Shown: positions 20,430 through 29,786, counted from the stretch's first letter. The stretch is 54,681 bases of DNA from Nitrospirota bacterium (GCA_011051565.1 DRKX01000121.1:1-54681); one strand, 5' to 3'. The notes: a model not told the origin generated them from the letters alone. Numbers and translations: made by a program.

Positions 20430-20970
20430 ACCCTGCCCTTATCGCCTCGAGGTTGTGAGGTATGAGCGCGGAGTGTCTCTCGGAGACGAGGGCCCGGAGC
20501 GCCTTCTCGGCACGTGATATGTTCGAAGCGAGGGCCTTTTTGAGAAAGGCACCGAACATCACCATGTTTGCATACTTTATCGAACCGAGCCGTGCTGCCT
20601 CAGCGGAGGCCGGCACTCTGAAGACATGAAGGCCGGCGTCGACCGACTGGAGCGTCCTGCTGCAGTCGTCGTCTGATATCAGGGATGAGTCGTAGAACAG
20701 GACGCCACCCTTCTTCAGCCTTGAGAGAAACCTGTCGAGAGAGGGCCTGTTGAAGACAACCAGGATATCGGGATTTGTGACCGATGGTGACCCGATGAAC
20801 TCATCCGACAGGATGACGGTGCAGTTGGCCGTTCCACCTCTCACCTCGGCGCCGTAGGCGGGGAAATACGTGACGTTCTTCCCCTCGAGCATCAATGTAT
20901 ACGCGATCAGGCGGCCGAACAGCAGTATGCCTTGACCGCCGGAACCGGCGATGATGATACCCTTCTCCAC
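20419..20970 (-). CDS. 2-oxoacid:ferredoxin oxidoreductase gamma subunit
   Basis: GTG start at 20970; IIIAGSGGQG, YGAEVRGGTA, IGSP, NMVMFGA, HNLEAIRAG. Confidence 0.92.
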   Translation of the reverse strand: MEKGIIIAGSGGQGILLFGRLIAYTLMLEGKNVTYFPAYGAEVRGGTANCTVILSDEFIGSPSVTNPDILVVFNRPSLDRFLSRLKKGGVLFYDSSLISDDDCSRTLQSVDAGLHVFRVPASAEAARLGSIKYANMVMFGAFLKKALASNISRAEKALRALVSERHSALIPHNLEAIRAGYEF

Positions 20971-21719
20971 TATTGCGATTCCCCGTATCTGTCTATTATC
21001 AGCCCGGTCCTGAAAACCGGCTTCATATGTGCCGATATCCAATTCAGTGACTCAACCGGGTCTTTCCTCCACACGGTCGGACATGGTGAGAGTATCTCGA
21101 TCATGCTGAACCCCCGGCCGTCTATCTGGTACTGGAAGGACTTCCTTATCAGCCTCCTCGTCTCCTTTATCCCCTTTGCTCCGTCTATCGCCGTTCGCGC
21201 CACAAGGACGACGTCCTCGATGGTTGCAAGCATCTCGGCAATGCCGAGGGGGTGTCCCTGCCTCTCCGGGTCGCGGCCTGACGGAGTGGTGGTGGTCTTC
21301 TGTCCCACGAGGGTCGTGGGGGCCATCTGGCCGCCTGTCATGCCGTAAGTGGCGTTGTTTATGAAGAAGACGGAGAGGTTTTCGCCCCTGTTGGCGGCGT
21401 GGACGATTTCTGCAAGACCGATGGATGCAAGGTCGCCGTCTCCCTGATAAGAGAAGACGACGTTGTCGGGCATGACCCTCTTCAAGGCCGTGGCGACCGC
21501 AGGGGGTCTCCCGTGTGCGCACTCTATCACGTCGAAATTGAAGTAATCATAGGCAAAGACCGCACAGCCGACGGGTGCTATGCCTATGGTCCTCTCCCTT
21601 ATGCCGAGTTCGTCGATGCACTCTGCAACGAGACGGTGGACGATGCTGTGTCCGCATCCCGGACAGAATCTGAAGGGGACGTCCTTGAGGCTCTCCGGTC
21701 TCTTGAACACCTGCAGCAT
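20970..21719 (-). CDS. 2-oxoacid:ferredoxin oxidoreductase beta (TPP-binding) subunit
   Basis: FCPGCGH, VGCA, HGR, GDGDLA, NNATYGMTGGQ, SPCPT. Confidence 0.93.
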   Translation of the reverse strand: MLQVFKRPESLKDVPFRFCPGCGHSIVHRLVAECIDELGIRERTIGIAPVGCAVFAYDYFNFDVIECAHGRPPAVATALKRVMPDNVVFSYQGDGDLASIGLAEIVHAANRGENLSVFFINNATYGMTGGQMAPTTLVGQKTTTTPSGRDPERQGHPLGIAEMLATIEDVVLVARTAIDGAKGIKETRRLIRKSFQYQIDGRGFSMIEILSPCPTVWRKDPVESLNWISAHMKPVFRTGLIIDRYGESQ

Positions 21720-21724
21720 ATGAT

Positions 21725-21733
21725 ATTATAGCA
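21725..21733 (-). promoter_or_regulatory. Extended -10 element 5 nt before the ATG (probable leaderless promoter)
   Basis: Minus strand TGcTATAAT-atcat-ATG; no SD sequence. Confidence 0.6.
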
Positions 21734-21760
21734 GAAGGAGGGCGGTGGTTGGCCAGGAAT

Positions 21761-23128
21761 TTACGGGGCTTCATCCGAGTGGCAGACCACCTTCTTCTTC
21801 CCTGACCCCTTGGCCCTGTAGAGGGCCATGTCGGCTCTGTACAGGAGGTCTTTCGCGGTCTTGCCGTCCTCTGGATAACCGGATATCCCGCCGCTGATGG
21901 TTATGTTTATCTTGACGCTGTCGTTCCTGTTGAAGACGTTTCCCTCCACCTGTTCCCTGATCCTGTCGGCAAGGAGCAGGGCCTCTTTCTTGGAGGTCCT
22001 CGGAAGGATTATAACGAACTCCTCCCCGCCGTATCTTGCGACTATATCCGTCTTTCTCGCTGAATTGAGGATGATCTCGGCCACCTCTCTGAGTATCTCG
22101 TCTCCGATCTGGTGCCCGTAGGTGTCGTTTATCACCTTGAAGTCGTCAATGTCGAATATGACGAGGCAGAAGACATCCTTGTAACGCCGCGCCCTCGCCA
22201 GTTCCGTCTCGAGTGAGCGGTAAAAGTACCTCACATTATAGAGGCCGGTCAGGTCGTCGGTTATCGACAGCCGTCTCGCCTCTTCAAAAAGCTTGATCTT
22301 TTCCACAATCAGGGATATCTGGTTGCCCACGAGAGCCATCATGGAAGCGAGGTCGAAGTCGAAGACCCTTTCGGACCTGCTGGCCAGAAACAGCATGCCA
22401 GAGATCGAATTCGACACCTTGAGGGGTATCGCCCCCAGGAATACGATGCCCTCTTTCTTGAGGTGATGAAAGCCCTTGATCTGGTCCTTCTCGAGTATGT
22501 ACAGGGGCTCGGCGGCATCGAGTATCGACCAGACAAACTCGTCGAGCTCTCCTTCGTTCAACTGCTTCAGGAAGTTCAGCGAGACTCCGGCATGACTCTT
22601 GAGTGTAAGGCCGCTGTTGCCGGTCAGCATTATCCAGCCCACACTGAAATCGGTTATCATCAGGACCTTCTCGAGGAGGTCGTTGAATACCCTGTCGATA
22701 TCATACGAGGATATGAAGGCGCCCGAAAGCGTGTTGATGACCATCAGCTCACGGTTACGTTTCACCAGTTCCTTCTCGACCGTGAGATAGTGTGATACGT
22801 CATAGAAGAGGAGACTCAGTATCTCGTTGCCGTCAATGGAGGTGGCCGGGTGGATCGTGACCTCGTACTCGACCTCTCCGATACGCAGCCTGTCCTTGAT
22901 GTCTTCACACGTATTGAGGCAGTGCTGCACAGAGGGCCAGAATCCCGACAGCTCCTTTATCTCCCTGAAATCCTTGCCTGTCAGGGATGATTCGTCACCT
23001 CCCACTATCTCTGCGAAGGCCTTGTTGTAGGCTATGACCCTTCCGGTCCTGTCTATCACCAGAAGGGGGTCCATCACGAAGTTGCACAAGAAGGCGTTCG
23101 TCCTTTTCAGCGGCATGTCTTCCGTCAA
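21761..23128 (-). CDS. PAS-GAF-GGDEF diguanylate cyclase
   Basis: N-terminal PAS, central GAF, DDLTGLYN, DIDDFKVINDTYGHQIGD, I-site RKTD, RYGGEEF. Start TTG 23128 or ATG 23116. Confidence 0.93.
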   Translation of the reverse strand: MTEDMPLKRTNAFLCNFVMDPLLVIDRTGRVIAYNKAFAEIVGGDESSLTGKDFREIKELSGFWPSVQHCLNTCEDIKDRLRIGEVEYEVTIHPATSIDGNEILSLLFYDVSHYLTVEKELVKRNRELMVINTLSGAFISSYDIDRVFNDLLEKVLMITDFSVGWIMLTGNSGLTLKSHAGVSLNFLKQLNEGELDEFVWSILDAAEPLYILEKDQIKGFHHLKKEGIVFLGAIPLKVSNSISGMLFLASRSERVFDFDLASMMALVGNQISLIVEKIKLFEEARRLSITDDLTGLYNVRYFYRSLETELARARRYKDVFCLVIFDIDDFKVINDTYGHQIGDEILREVAEIILNSARKTDIVARYGGEEFVIILPRTSKKEALLLADRIREQVEGNVFNRNDSVKINITISGGISGYPEDGKTAKDLLYRADMALYRAKGSGKKKVVCHSDEAP

Positions 23129-23306
23129 AAGTTGCTCTCCTCTCCACCCCTTAATTCATCGCGAATCCTTCAAGGGTCGCGGTATCCGCCTCATCTCGGG
23201 CTGCGATACGCCGTCGCAGGGCCTTCGGAGGCTCTTGTTTCAGCCGGATTCCCCTCACGACAGGAGTTGACGACGGCAGGGTCTGAGGGCTCACCCTATA
23301 TAGTTT

Positions 23307-23335
23307 ATTGTAAGGGTTACGCGGGAGATAATCAA
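23307..23335 (-). promoter_or_regulatory. Putative sigma-70 promoter of the diguanylate cyclase
   Basis: TTGATT-N17-TACAAT on the minus strand, with an AT-rich tract upstream. Confidence 0.55.
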
Positions 23336-23373
23336 GTCTATGCATAGTTTTTAATATATTTTAATCACGAACA

Positions 23374-23429
23374 GCCCCGAGAGCGGCACTCCACTGTATG
23401 GAGTGGCGCTCTCGGGGCACTCCATACAG
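23374..23429. repeat. Nested, overlapping inverted repeats (two alternative hairpins)
   Basis: Hairpin A 23374-23418: GCCCCGAGAGCG/CGCTCTCGGGGC plus CACTCCA/TGGAGTG. Hairpin B 23394-23429: CTGTATGGAGTG/CACTCCATACAG. Confidence 0.85.
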
Positions 23430-23477
23430 AGGAGGACGTCACCTCTCCGGGGGTGCTTTCAGCGGCGGATCGAACGG

Positions 23478-24737
23478 TTAGAGCCCCAACTCGTCCGGCA
23501 GGCCGATCCGGCCCAGTACGGCTGTTGCGGCGGCAACGGCAGGGTTCGAGAGGTAGACCTCGCTTTCAGGGTGTCCCATCCTTCCGACGAAGTTCCTGTT
23601 AGTCGTGGCGACCGCCCTTTCGCCCTTGGCGAGTATGCCCATGTGGCCCCCGAGGCACGGACCGCACGTCGGCGTGGACACAACGGCGTCGGCGTCTATG
23701 AATATCTCGATCAGGCCTTCCTTGAGGGCCTGCTTGTAGACGGCCTGTGTGGCCGGGATGACGATCATGCGGAGATTCGGATTGACCTTCCTGCCCCCTA
23801 TCACTTCGGCGGCTTCCCTCAGGTCCTCGATGCGTCCGTTCGTACACGAGCCGATGACGACCTGGTCTATGGCTGTATCCGCCAGCTCTCTCGCCGGCCT
23901 CACGTTGGACGGCAGGTGGGGGCATGCAACCAGGGGCTCGATCTTCGTACAGTCGTACTCCCTTATATCCACGTATTCGGCGTCAGGGTCTGAGCTGTAG
24001 AGGGTGTACTCCCTCTTCGCCCTACCCTTCACGTACGCCTCCGTGGTCTCATCTGGGACGATTATGCCGCTCTTTCCACCCGCCTCTATCGCCATATTGC
24101 ACATCGTGAGCCTTCCGGCCATGGGCAGTGCCCTGACCACCTCTCCCTCGAACTCCATGGCCCTGTACAGTGCACCGTCGACGCCGATGTCGCCGATGGT
24201 GTGGAGAATGAGGTCCTTGCCGCCGACCCACCTGCCGAGGCTTCCGTAGTAGATGAACTTCATGCTCTCGGGAACCTTGAACCAGCACTCACCGGTCGCC
24301 ATGGATGCAGCCACGTCGGTGGAGCCCACGCCGGTCGAGAAGGCACCGAGGGCGCCGTAGGTGCAGGTGTGGCTGTCGGCGCCTATGACAAGGTCTCCCG
24401 GCACCACGTGCCCCTGTTCCGGAAGGAGAGCGTGTTCCACTCCCATCCTGCCGACCTCGAAGTAGAGCTCCAGGCCCTGATCCCTCGAGAAGAGCCTGAG
24501 CATCCTGCACTGTTCGGCCGCCTTGATATCCTTCTGCGGGGCGAAGTGGTCCGGTACAAAGGCCACGCGCGCGGGATCGAACACCTTCTCTGCACCGATC
24601 TTCCCGAATTCCCTGATGGCTATAGGTGCGGTTATGTCGTTTGCGAGTATGAGGTCCACCCTTGCATTTATAAGCTCGCCGGGCGAGACCTCTTTCCTGC
24701 CGGCGTGCGCGGCGAGTATCTTTTCGGTAATCGTCAT
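23478..24737 (-). CDS. leuC: 3-isopropylmalate dehydratase large subunit (short LeuC/HacA type)
   Basis: MTITEKIL (ATG 24737), PDHF, GADSHTCT, CNMAIE, GSCTNGR, CGPCLGGH, NRNFVGRMG; follows leuA. Confidence 0.93.
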   Translation of the reverse strand: MTITEKILAAHAGRKEVSPGELINARVDLILANDITAPIAIREFGKIGAEKVFDPARVAFVPDHFAPQKDIKAAEQCRMLRLFSRDQGLELYFEVGRMGVEHALLPEQGHVVPGDLVIGADSHTCTYGALGAFSTGVGSTDVAASMATGECWFKVPESMKFIYYGSLGRWVGGKDLILHTIGDIGVDGALYRAMEFEGEVVRALPMAGRLTMCNMAIEAGGKSGIIVPDETTEAYVKGRAKREYTLYSSDPDAEYVDIREYDCTKIEPLVACPHLPSNVRPARELADTAIDQVVIGSCTNGRIEDLREAAEVIGGRKVNPNLRMIVIPATQAVYKQALKEGLIEIFIDADAVVSTPTCGPCLGGHMGILAKGERAVATTNRNFVGRMGHPESEVYLSNPAVAAATAVLGRIGLPDELGL

Positions 24738-24822
24738 CAGTTCCTCCACTCTCCCTTGCCCTGCAGTCTGCACGGGTCGGAATGCGCTGCAGGCTCATTG
24801 CTTCTGCAGTGCGGGGTGTGAT

Positions 24823-26349
24823 CTATATCCCCTTCTCGGGCTTCCTCTTCCTGCCCTCGAGCTTGTTGAGGGCGTTTACGTATGCCTTTGCAGCGGCAAC
24901 GATTATATCGGTATCAGAGCCGTAACCCCTGACCGTATGTCCCCCCTCTTTGAGTGTCACCATCACCTCTCCGAGCGCATCCGTGCCGCCGGTGATCCCC
25001 TTTATCTCGAATCTCTCGAGGTGGCTCCTTGTCTCCGTGATACCTGCAATCGCTCGGTAAGAGGCGTCCACTGGCCCGTCTCCCTCCTCGGTGCGCTCGA
25101 CGACCTCGTCCCTCACCTTCAGGCGCACCGTGGCCGTCGGTTTTACGGACGTGCCGCTTGAGACCTTCAGTTCCACGAGGCTGTAGACCTCCGGAACCCT
25201 CTTGACCTCTTCTGAGACGAGGGTCTCGATGTCTTCGTCGAATATGTACTTCTTCTGGTCACAGAGCCGCTTGAACCGCTCGAAGGCCGTGTTGAGCTCC
25301 TCCTCTCCGAGTTCATAGCCGAGTTCCTTCAGCCTCTCCTTGAAGGCGTGCCTGCCCGAGTGCTTGCCGAGGACCAGCTTGCTCTGCGGTATGCCGACCG
25401 TCTCGGGCTTCATGATCTCGTAGGTCGAGCGTTCCTTTAGGACACCGTCCTGGTGGATACCGGCCTCATGGGCGAATGCGTTTGCTCCGACCACGGCCTT
25501 GTTGGGCTGAACGACCATTCCTGTGATCTTCGAGACGAGGCGGCTCGTCTTGTATATCTCCTCGGTGACGATGCGGGTCTCGGCGTTGAAGAACCTCGGC
25601 CTCGTCTTCAATGCCATGACCACCTCTTCCATCGCGGCATTTCCAGCCCGCTCTCCTATGCCGTTCACCGTACACTCGACCTGCCCAGCGCCTTTCAATA
25701 TCGCCGTCAGCGAGTTGGCCACCGCGAGGCCGAGGTCATTGTGACAATGGACGGAAATCACCGCCTTGTCGATATTCGGCACCCTGTTCATCAGGTACTC
25801 TATGAGCTCTCCAAACTCCTGTGGGATTGTGTAACCGACGGTGTCGGGTATGTTCACGGTCGTTGCCCCCGCCTTTATGACCTCTTCGGTAACCCTGCAG
25901 AGGAAGTCACGGTCGCTCCTCGTGGCGTCCTCTGCAGAGAACTCCACGTCGTCCGTAAAACCTCGAGCCTTCTTGACCGCGCTCACGGCCGCCTCTAAGA
26001 CCTCTTCGCGGCTCATGCGGAGCTTGTACTTCAGGTGGATGTCCGATGTGGCGAGGAACGTGTGTATCCTCGCCGACTCCGCAGGCCTTACGGCCTCTGC
26101 GGCCCGCTCGATGTCTACGTCTTTCGCCCTTGCCAGGCCTGCTACGGTGATCCCCTTGATCTCCTCGGCAACCCGCCTTACGGCCTCGAAGTCACCCGGT
26201 GACGCAACCGGAAAGCCCGCCTCTATCACGTCGATGTTCAGCCTCGCGAGCTGACGTGCCACGTGGAGCTTTTCTTCCACGTTCATCGACGCCCCAGGCG
26301 ACTGTTCACCGTCTCTAAGGGTTGTGTCGAAAATCCTTATGTATCTCAT
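24823..26349 (-). CDS. leuA: 2-isopropylmalate synthase
   Basis: [43 protein letters not shown]; C-terminal regulatory domain (GDGPVDA). Confidence 0.96.
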   Translation of the reverse strand: MRYIRIFDTTLRDGEQSPGASMNVEEKLHVARQLARLNIDVIEAGFPVASPGDFEAVRRVAEEIKGITVAGLARAKDVDIERAAEAVRPAESARIHTFLATSDIHLKYKLRMSREEVLEAAVSAVKKARGFTDDVEFSAEDATRSDRDFLCRVTEEVIKAGATTVNIPDTVGYTIPQEFGELIEYLMNRVPNIDKAVISVHCHNDLGLAVANSLTAILKGAGQVECTVNGIGERAGNAAMEEVVMALKTRPRFFNAETRIVTEEIYKTSRLVSKITGMVVQPNKAVVGANAFAHEAGIHQDGVLKERSTYEIMKPETVGIPQSKLVLGKHSGRHAFKERLKELGYELGEEELNTAFERFKRLCDQKKYIFDEDIETLVSEEVKRVPEVYSLVELKVSSGTSVKPTATVRLKVRDEVVERTEEGDGPVDASYRAIAGITETRSHLERFEIKGITGGTDALGEVMVTLKEGGHTVRGYGSDTDIIVAAAKAYVNALNKLEGRKRKPEKGI

Positions 26350-26385
26350 CCGAATCCTCTGGCTGTTCTGCCGTGACGCGAGGCG

Positions 26386-27129
26386 TCACATGATCGCTGC
26401 GCCGTCCGTCCCCTTCATCTTTTTCTTCTTCATTCTTCTGTACAGGAGGTAGGCGTTCTCTATTATACCCCAAAGGAGATAGACCATTGCAAAGGAGAAG
26501 AGGGCGACCGGGGGATGGACGAGCGTGATTACGATGATGAGCACGAATATGACGAGCGCCCAGAAGGGTTTTCTCTTCTTGAAGTCGATCTCCTTTGCGC
26601 CGTGGAACCTCAAGGTGCTTATCATCAGTATTGCAAGTACCACGGTGAGCAACAGTACGGGGATGCTCCTCTCCGGAACATCTCCGGAGATGCTGTGGTG
26701 GAAGATCACGAGCGTCGCTATAATTATTGCAGCAGCCGGGATGGGCATGCCTGTAAACGAGAGCTTTTCGGTCGAGTCCATCTGGATATTGTATCGGGCG
26801 AGTCGCAGTGCCCCGCATGCAACGAAGAGAAAGGCCGCAGCCGCCCCCACCCGTCCGAACGGGTTCAGCGACCACGTGTAGACCAGTACGGCCGGAGCGA
26901 CTCCGAATGCAACGAGGTCGCTCAGTGAGTCGAGCTCAACTCCGAACCTCGTGGTACTGTTCGTGAGCCTTGCCACCCAGCCGTCGAGCCCGTCGAAGAC
27001 GGTGGCGATCAGTATGGCCCACGCCGCCCTCACGTAATCACCGTTCAGTGCTGAGAGCACGGCGTAAAACCCGAAGAACATGCCGCTCAGTGTCAGCCCG
27101 TTCGGCAGTATGTAGACGCCTTTCTTCAT
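26386..27129 (-). CDS. pssA: CDP-diacylglycerol--serine O-phosphatidyltransferase
   Basis: YILPN, DGLDGWVAR...FGVELDSLSD, FGVAPA, ALRLARYN, FTGMPIP; next to psd. Confidence 0.93.
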   Translation of the reverse strand: MKKGVYILPNGLTLSGMFFGFYAVLSALNGDYVRAAWAILIATVFDGLDGWVARLTNSTTRFGVELDSLSDLVAFGVAPAVLVYTWSLNPFGRVGAAAAFLFVACGALRLARYNIQMDSTEKLSFTGMPIPAAAIIIATLVIFHHSISGDVPERSIPVLLLTVVLAILMISTLRFHGAKEIDFKKRKPFWALVIFVLIIVITLVHPPVALFSFAMVYLLWGIIENAYLLYRRMKKKKMKGTDGAAIM

Positions 27130-27363
27130 TCGAGATCATCCCCTTTCAGCGTACAAGGCTGATGCGTTCGAGTATCGTCTCTCCGGGGCCGGAGAGTATC
27201 TCGTCAAAGAGCTCGCACGCAGCGCAACCGAGTGCAAAGCAACACACGATGTATCCATGTCGATTCGATATCTCGGCGTGCTTTCTTCAAACAGGCAGCC
27301 CGCAAAACCTCGACACCGCCTGTCAGGAGGCGCGGATCCCCTCTGGGTCGGCCGAAGGTGCCT

Positions 27364-27990
27364 TCATCTCCTTGCCACTATGGTCTCACCTGCTCGGACC
27401 CGCTGGCCGACCTTTACGAGTATCTCGACCTCTTCGGGCAGGTAGAGGTCCACCCTTGAGCTGAACTTTATTATACCGTAACGCTCTCCCCTTTTCAGCC
27501 TGTCGCCGGGCGCGACCCTGCAGACGGCCCGCCTCGCGACTAAGCCGGCCACCTGTCTGACGAGCACCTTGCCGTACTCCGTGTCGAGCAGCATCGCGAT
27601 GTTCTCGTTGCTGAGCGAGGCCTCGTCCGTGTATGCAGCGCTGAATCCGCCGGGTGTGTGTTTCACGGTCACTACCTTGCCGTCGCACGGCGCCCTGTTG
27701 ACATGGACATTGAACGGGGACATGAAGATGCTGATCTGCCTGGCCCTCCCCCCGATATACTCGTCCTCGGTCGTATCGCGCACGACTATCACCTTGCCGT
27801 CCGCCGGAGAGACGAATATGTCCTTTCCCGCGGGAACGGCCCTCTCAGGGTCCCGGAAGAAGAAGAGCATGAAGAGGAAGAGTACGAACGGCAACACGGC
27901 CGTCCAGGGCCGCCATATCAAGTAGGCGGCGAGGGTGAGGACGGCTGCGGCCGCCACAAAGGGCCAGCCTTCAGGTGCTATTTTCAGCAT
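27364..27990 (-). CDS. psd: Phosphatidylserine decarboxylase proenzyme (PSD-A type)
   Basis: FFRDPER, SPADGKV, IFMSPFNVHVNRAP, NE, QVAGLVARR; cleavage region IKFSSRVD. Confidence 0.93.
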   Translation of the reverse strand: MLKIAPEGWPFVAAAAVLTLAAYLIWRPWTAVLPFVLFLFMLFFFRDPERAVPAGKDIFVSPADGKVIVVRDTTEDEYIGGRARQISIFMSPFNVHVNRAPCDGKVVTVKHTPGGFSAAYTDEASLSNENIAMLLDTEYGKVLVRQVAGLVARRAVCRVAPGDRLKRGERYGIIKFSSRVDLYLPEEVEILVKVGQRVRAGETIVARR

Positions 27991-27996
27991 ATATGG

Positions 27997-28002
27997 ATTA
28001 TA
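27997..28002 (-). promoter_or_regulatory. -10 hexamer 6 nt before the psd ATG (probable leaderless promoter)
   Basis: Minus strand TATAAT-ccatat-ATG; no SD sequence. Confidence 0.5.
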
Positions 28003-28069
28003 TTACAGAAGGCGGGTTAAAAGCCATATGGGATTCGAACTCAAGTTTCAGAAAACTCCGGAGGGTTCT

Positions 28070-28969
28070 ATGGAAAGGGTCAAGCTCGGCAGCACCGATG
28101 TCGAGGTCTCGAGACTCGGCATGGGGACGGGCACGGCGCATCCCTCGGGACACTGTGCCCAGGCATTGATGAGCACCAAGGAGTTGGCAGGCCTTCTCCT
28201 TTATGCGTTCGATCGAGGCATCAACTTCTGGGACACTGCGGTTCAGTACAGGACCCATCCACACGTCAGGGAGGCTTTGAGAGGGGTGAGGCGCACCGAC
28301 GTCGTGATCTCCACCAAGCTGACGACATCCGGCCCGAAGGATACGCTGAGGGAGTTCAACTCGGCCCTGAGGGAACTGGGGATCGACTATGTCGACGTCT
28401 GCCTGCTGCATGCCGTCAGGACCGAACGCGAACTGCGGGCACGGTCAGGCGCCCTGGATACCCTGCTCAGGCTAAAGGACGAGGGAAAGGTCAGGGCCGT
28501 GGGGATGTCGTCTCACGGGCTGGGGGCGCTGAAGGCCGTCACAACGACTCCTGGGATAGATGCAGTCTGGGTGAGGATAAACCTTGCCGGGATCAACATG
28601 GATGCCGCTAAACTCGGGATCTACGACAGGGTCGCCGCCGTGCCCTGGGTGAAGAAGACCGCCGCACTCCTGCCGAAGAGGCTGCAGGCAGCGCTGAGGC
28701 CGAGCCCTGAAGCGCTGCTCGTCTCTGAGGACGACTGCAGGGAGGTCGAAGAGACGGCCGCAAAGATACACGCTCTCTCAAAAGGCGTAGTCGGCATGAA
28801 GGTGATCGCCGAAGGGCAGCTCCGCACAGAGGCGAAGAGGGCCGTGGAGTACGTCAGGGACCTGTCCTTCGTCGACTCCCTCGTGATCGGCATGTTGAAC
28901 AGGAGGGAGATCGAGGAGAACTGCAGGATCGTCACTGCTGGGGGCGGTACACCGTGTGTGACCGAATGA
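28070..28969 (+). CDS. Aldo/keto reductase
   Basis: MERVKLGST.VEVSRLGMGT, GINFWDTA..Y, ISTK, DYVDVCLLH, GKVRAVGMSSH, GMKV; RBS GGAGG before ATG 28070. Confidence 0.9.
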   Translation: MERVKLGSTDVEVSRLGMGTGTAHPSGHCAQALMSTKELAGLLLYAFDRGINFWDTAVQYRTHPHVREALRGVRRTDVVISTKLTTSGPKDTLREFNSALRELGIDYVDVCLLHAVRTERELRARSGALDTLLRLKDEGKVRAVGMSSHGLGALKAVTTTPGIDAVWVRINLAGINMDAAKLGIYDRVAAVPWVKKTAALLPKRLQAALRPSPEALLVSEDDCREVEETAAKIHALSKGVVGMKVIAEGQLRTEAKRAVEYVRDLSFVDSLVIGMLNRREIEENCRIVTAGGGTPCVTE

Positions 28970-28979
28970 AACCGTCGGA

Positions 28980-29786
28980 CTAATGGATGTCCGAGCTGAA
29001 GTCGTATCTCTCCCTGAGGGCCTCGCCGAGCACGTTGAAGCAGAATGCGGTTATGGATATGGCGAGCCCCGGGTACAGGACCATCCACGGTGCCGAGAGG
29101 ATGTATGCCCTGTTTGCGCTGACCATGTACCCCCATGTCGGGGTGGGCGGCTGGGCTCCAAGGCCGAGAAAACTGAGTGTGGCCTCTGTGAGGATGTAGC
29201 CGCCGAGCTTTATCCCCATCAGCACGAGCGCCAGGGGGATGCAGAGCGGGGCTATGTGCCTGAGGAGTATCCTGAAGTCACTGCACCCTGTAGTCCTTGC
29301 AGCATCAACGAAGGGCATCTCCTTGACGGTGAGCACGTGTCCCCGTATCAGCCTCGCAAACGAGGTCCAGCCGACCGCAGAGAGGGCGATCATCACGGTA
29401 TAGATTCCCGGCGGCAGGACTATCGAGATGGCTATGGCGAGCAGGAGGGAGGGGAACGAGAGAAAGAAGTCCACGACGGTCATCACCACGCTGTCGAAGA
29501 CCCCGCCGTAATAGCCTGAGACAAGGCCGACGCCGAAGCCGATCAGTGCTGATATGAACGCAGCGGTCACGGCCACTCCGATCGATATCTTGCCTCCGTA
29601 AACCACCCTCGCCAGTATGTCCCTCCCCTTGTTGTCCGTCCCGAATGGATGTTCGAGACCGGGCGGCCTCTTTATCGAGTCGAGGTCGATCCTGTAGGGG
29701 TCCTCAAGCGGCAGAACCGGGGCGAGCAGAGAGATGGTCAGGAAGCCCGCGACAATGATTATCGAGAGTTTACCCCTTCTTGACAT
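28980..29786 (-). CDS. Peptide/nickel ABC transporter permease (DppC/OppC type)
   Basis: HPFGTD..GRDIL, FARLIRG, EAA-like FVDAARTTG, LSFLGLG, PTWG. Confidence 0.93.
   Translation of the reverse strand: MSRRGKLSIIIVAGFLTISLLAPVLPLEDPYRIDLDSIKRPPGLEHPFGTDNKGRDILARVVYGGKISIGVAVTAAFISALIGFGVGLVSGYYGGVFDSVVMTVVDFFLSFPSLLLAIAISIVLPPGIYTVMIALSAVGWTSFARLIRGHVLTVKEMPFVDAARTTGCSDFRILLRHIAPLCIPLALVLMGIKLGGYILTEATLSFLGLGAQPPTPTWGYMVSANRAYILSAPWMVLYPGLAISITAFCFNVLGEALRERYDFSSDIH

Noticed and set aside
21761-23128. Hypr-type GGDEF (3'3'-cGAMP synthase)
   Set aside because: The specificity position is Asp (GHQIGD), the canonical c-di-GMP signature, not Ser.
27145-27246. 33-aa Cys-rich mini-ORF (VCCFALGCAACELFDEIL...) between psd and pssA
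   Set aside because: No SD, an in-frame stop shortly upstream, and no recognisable motif.
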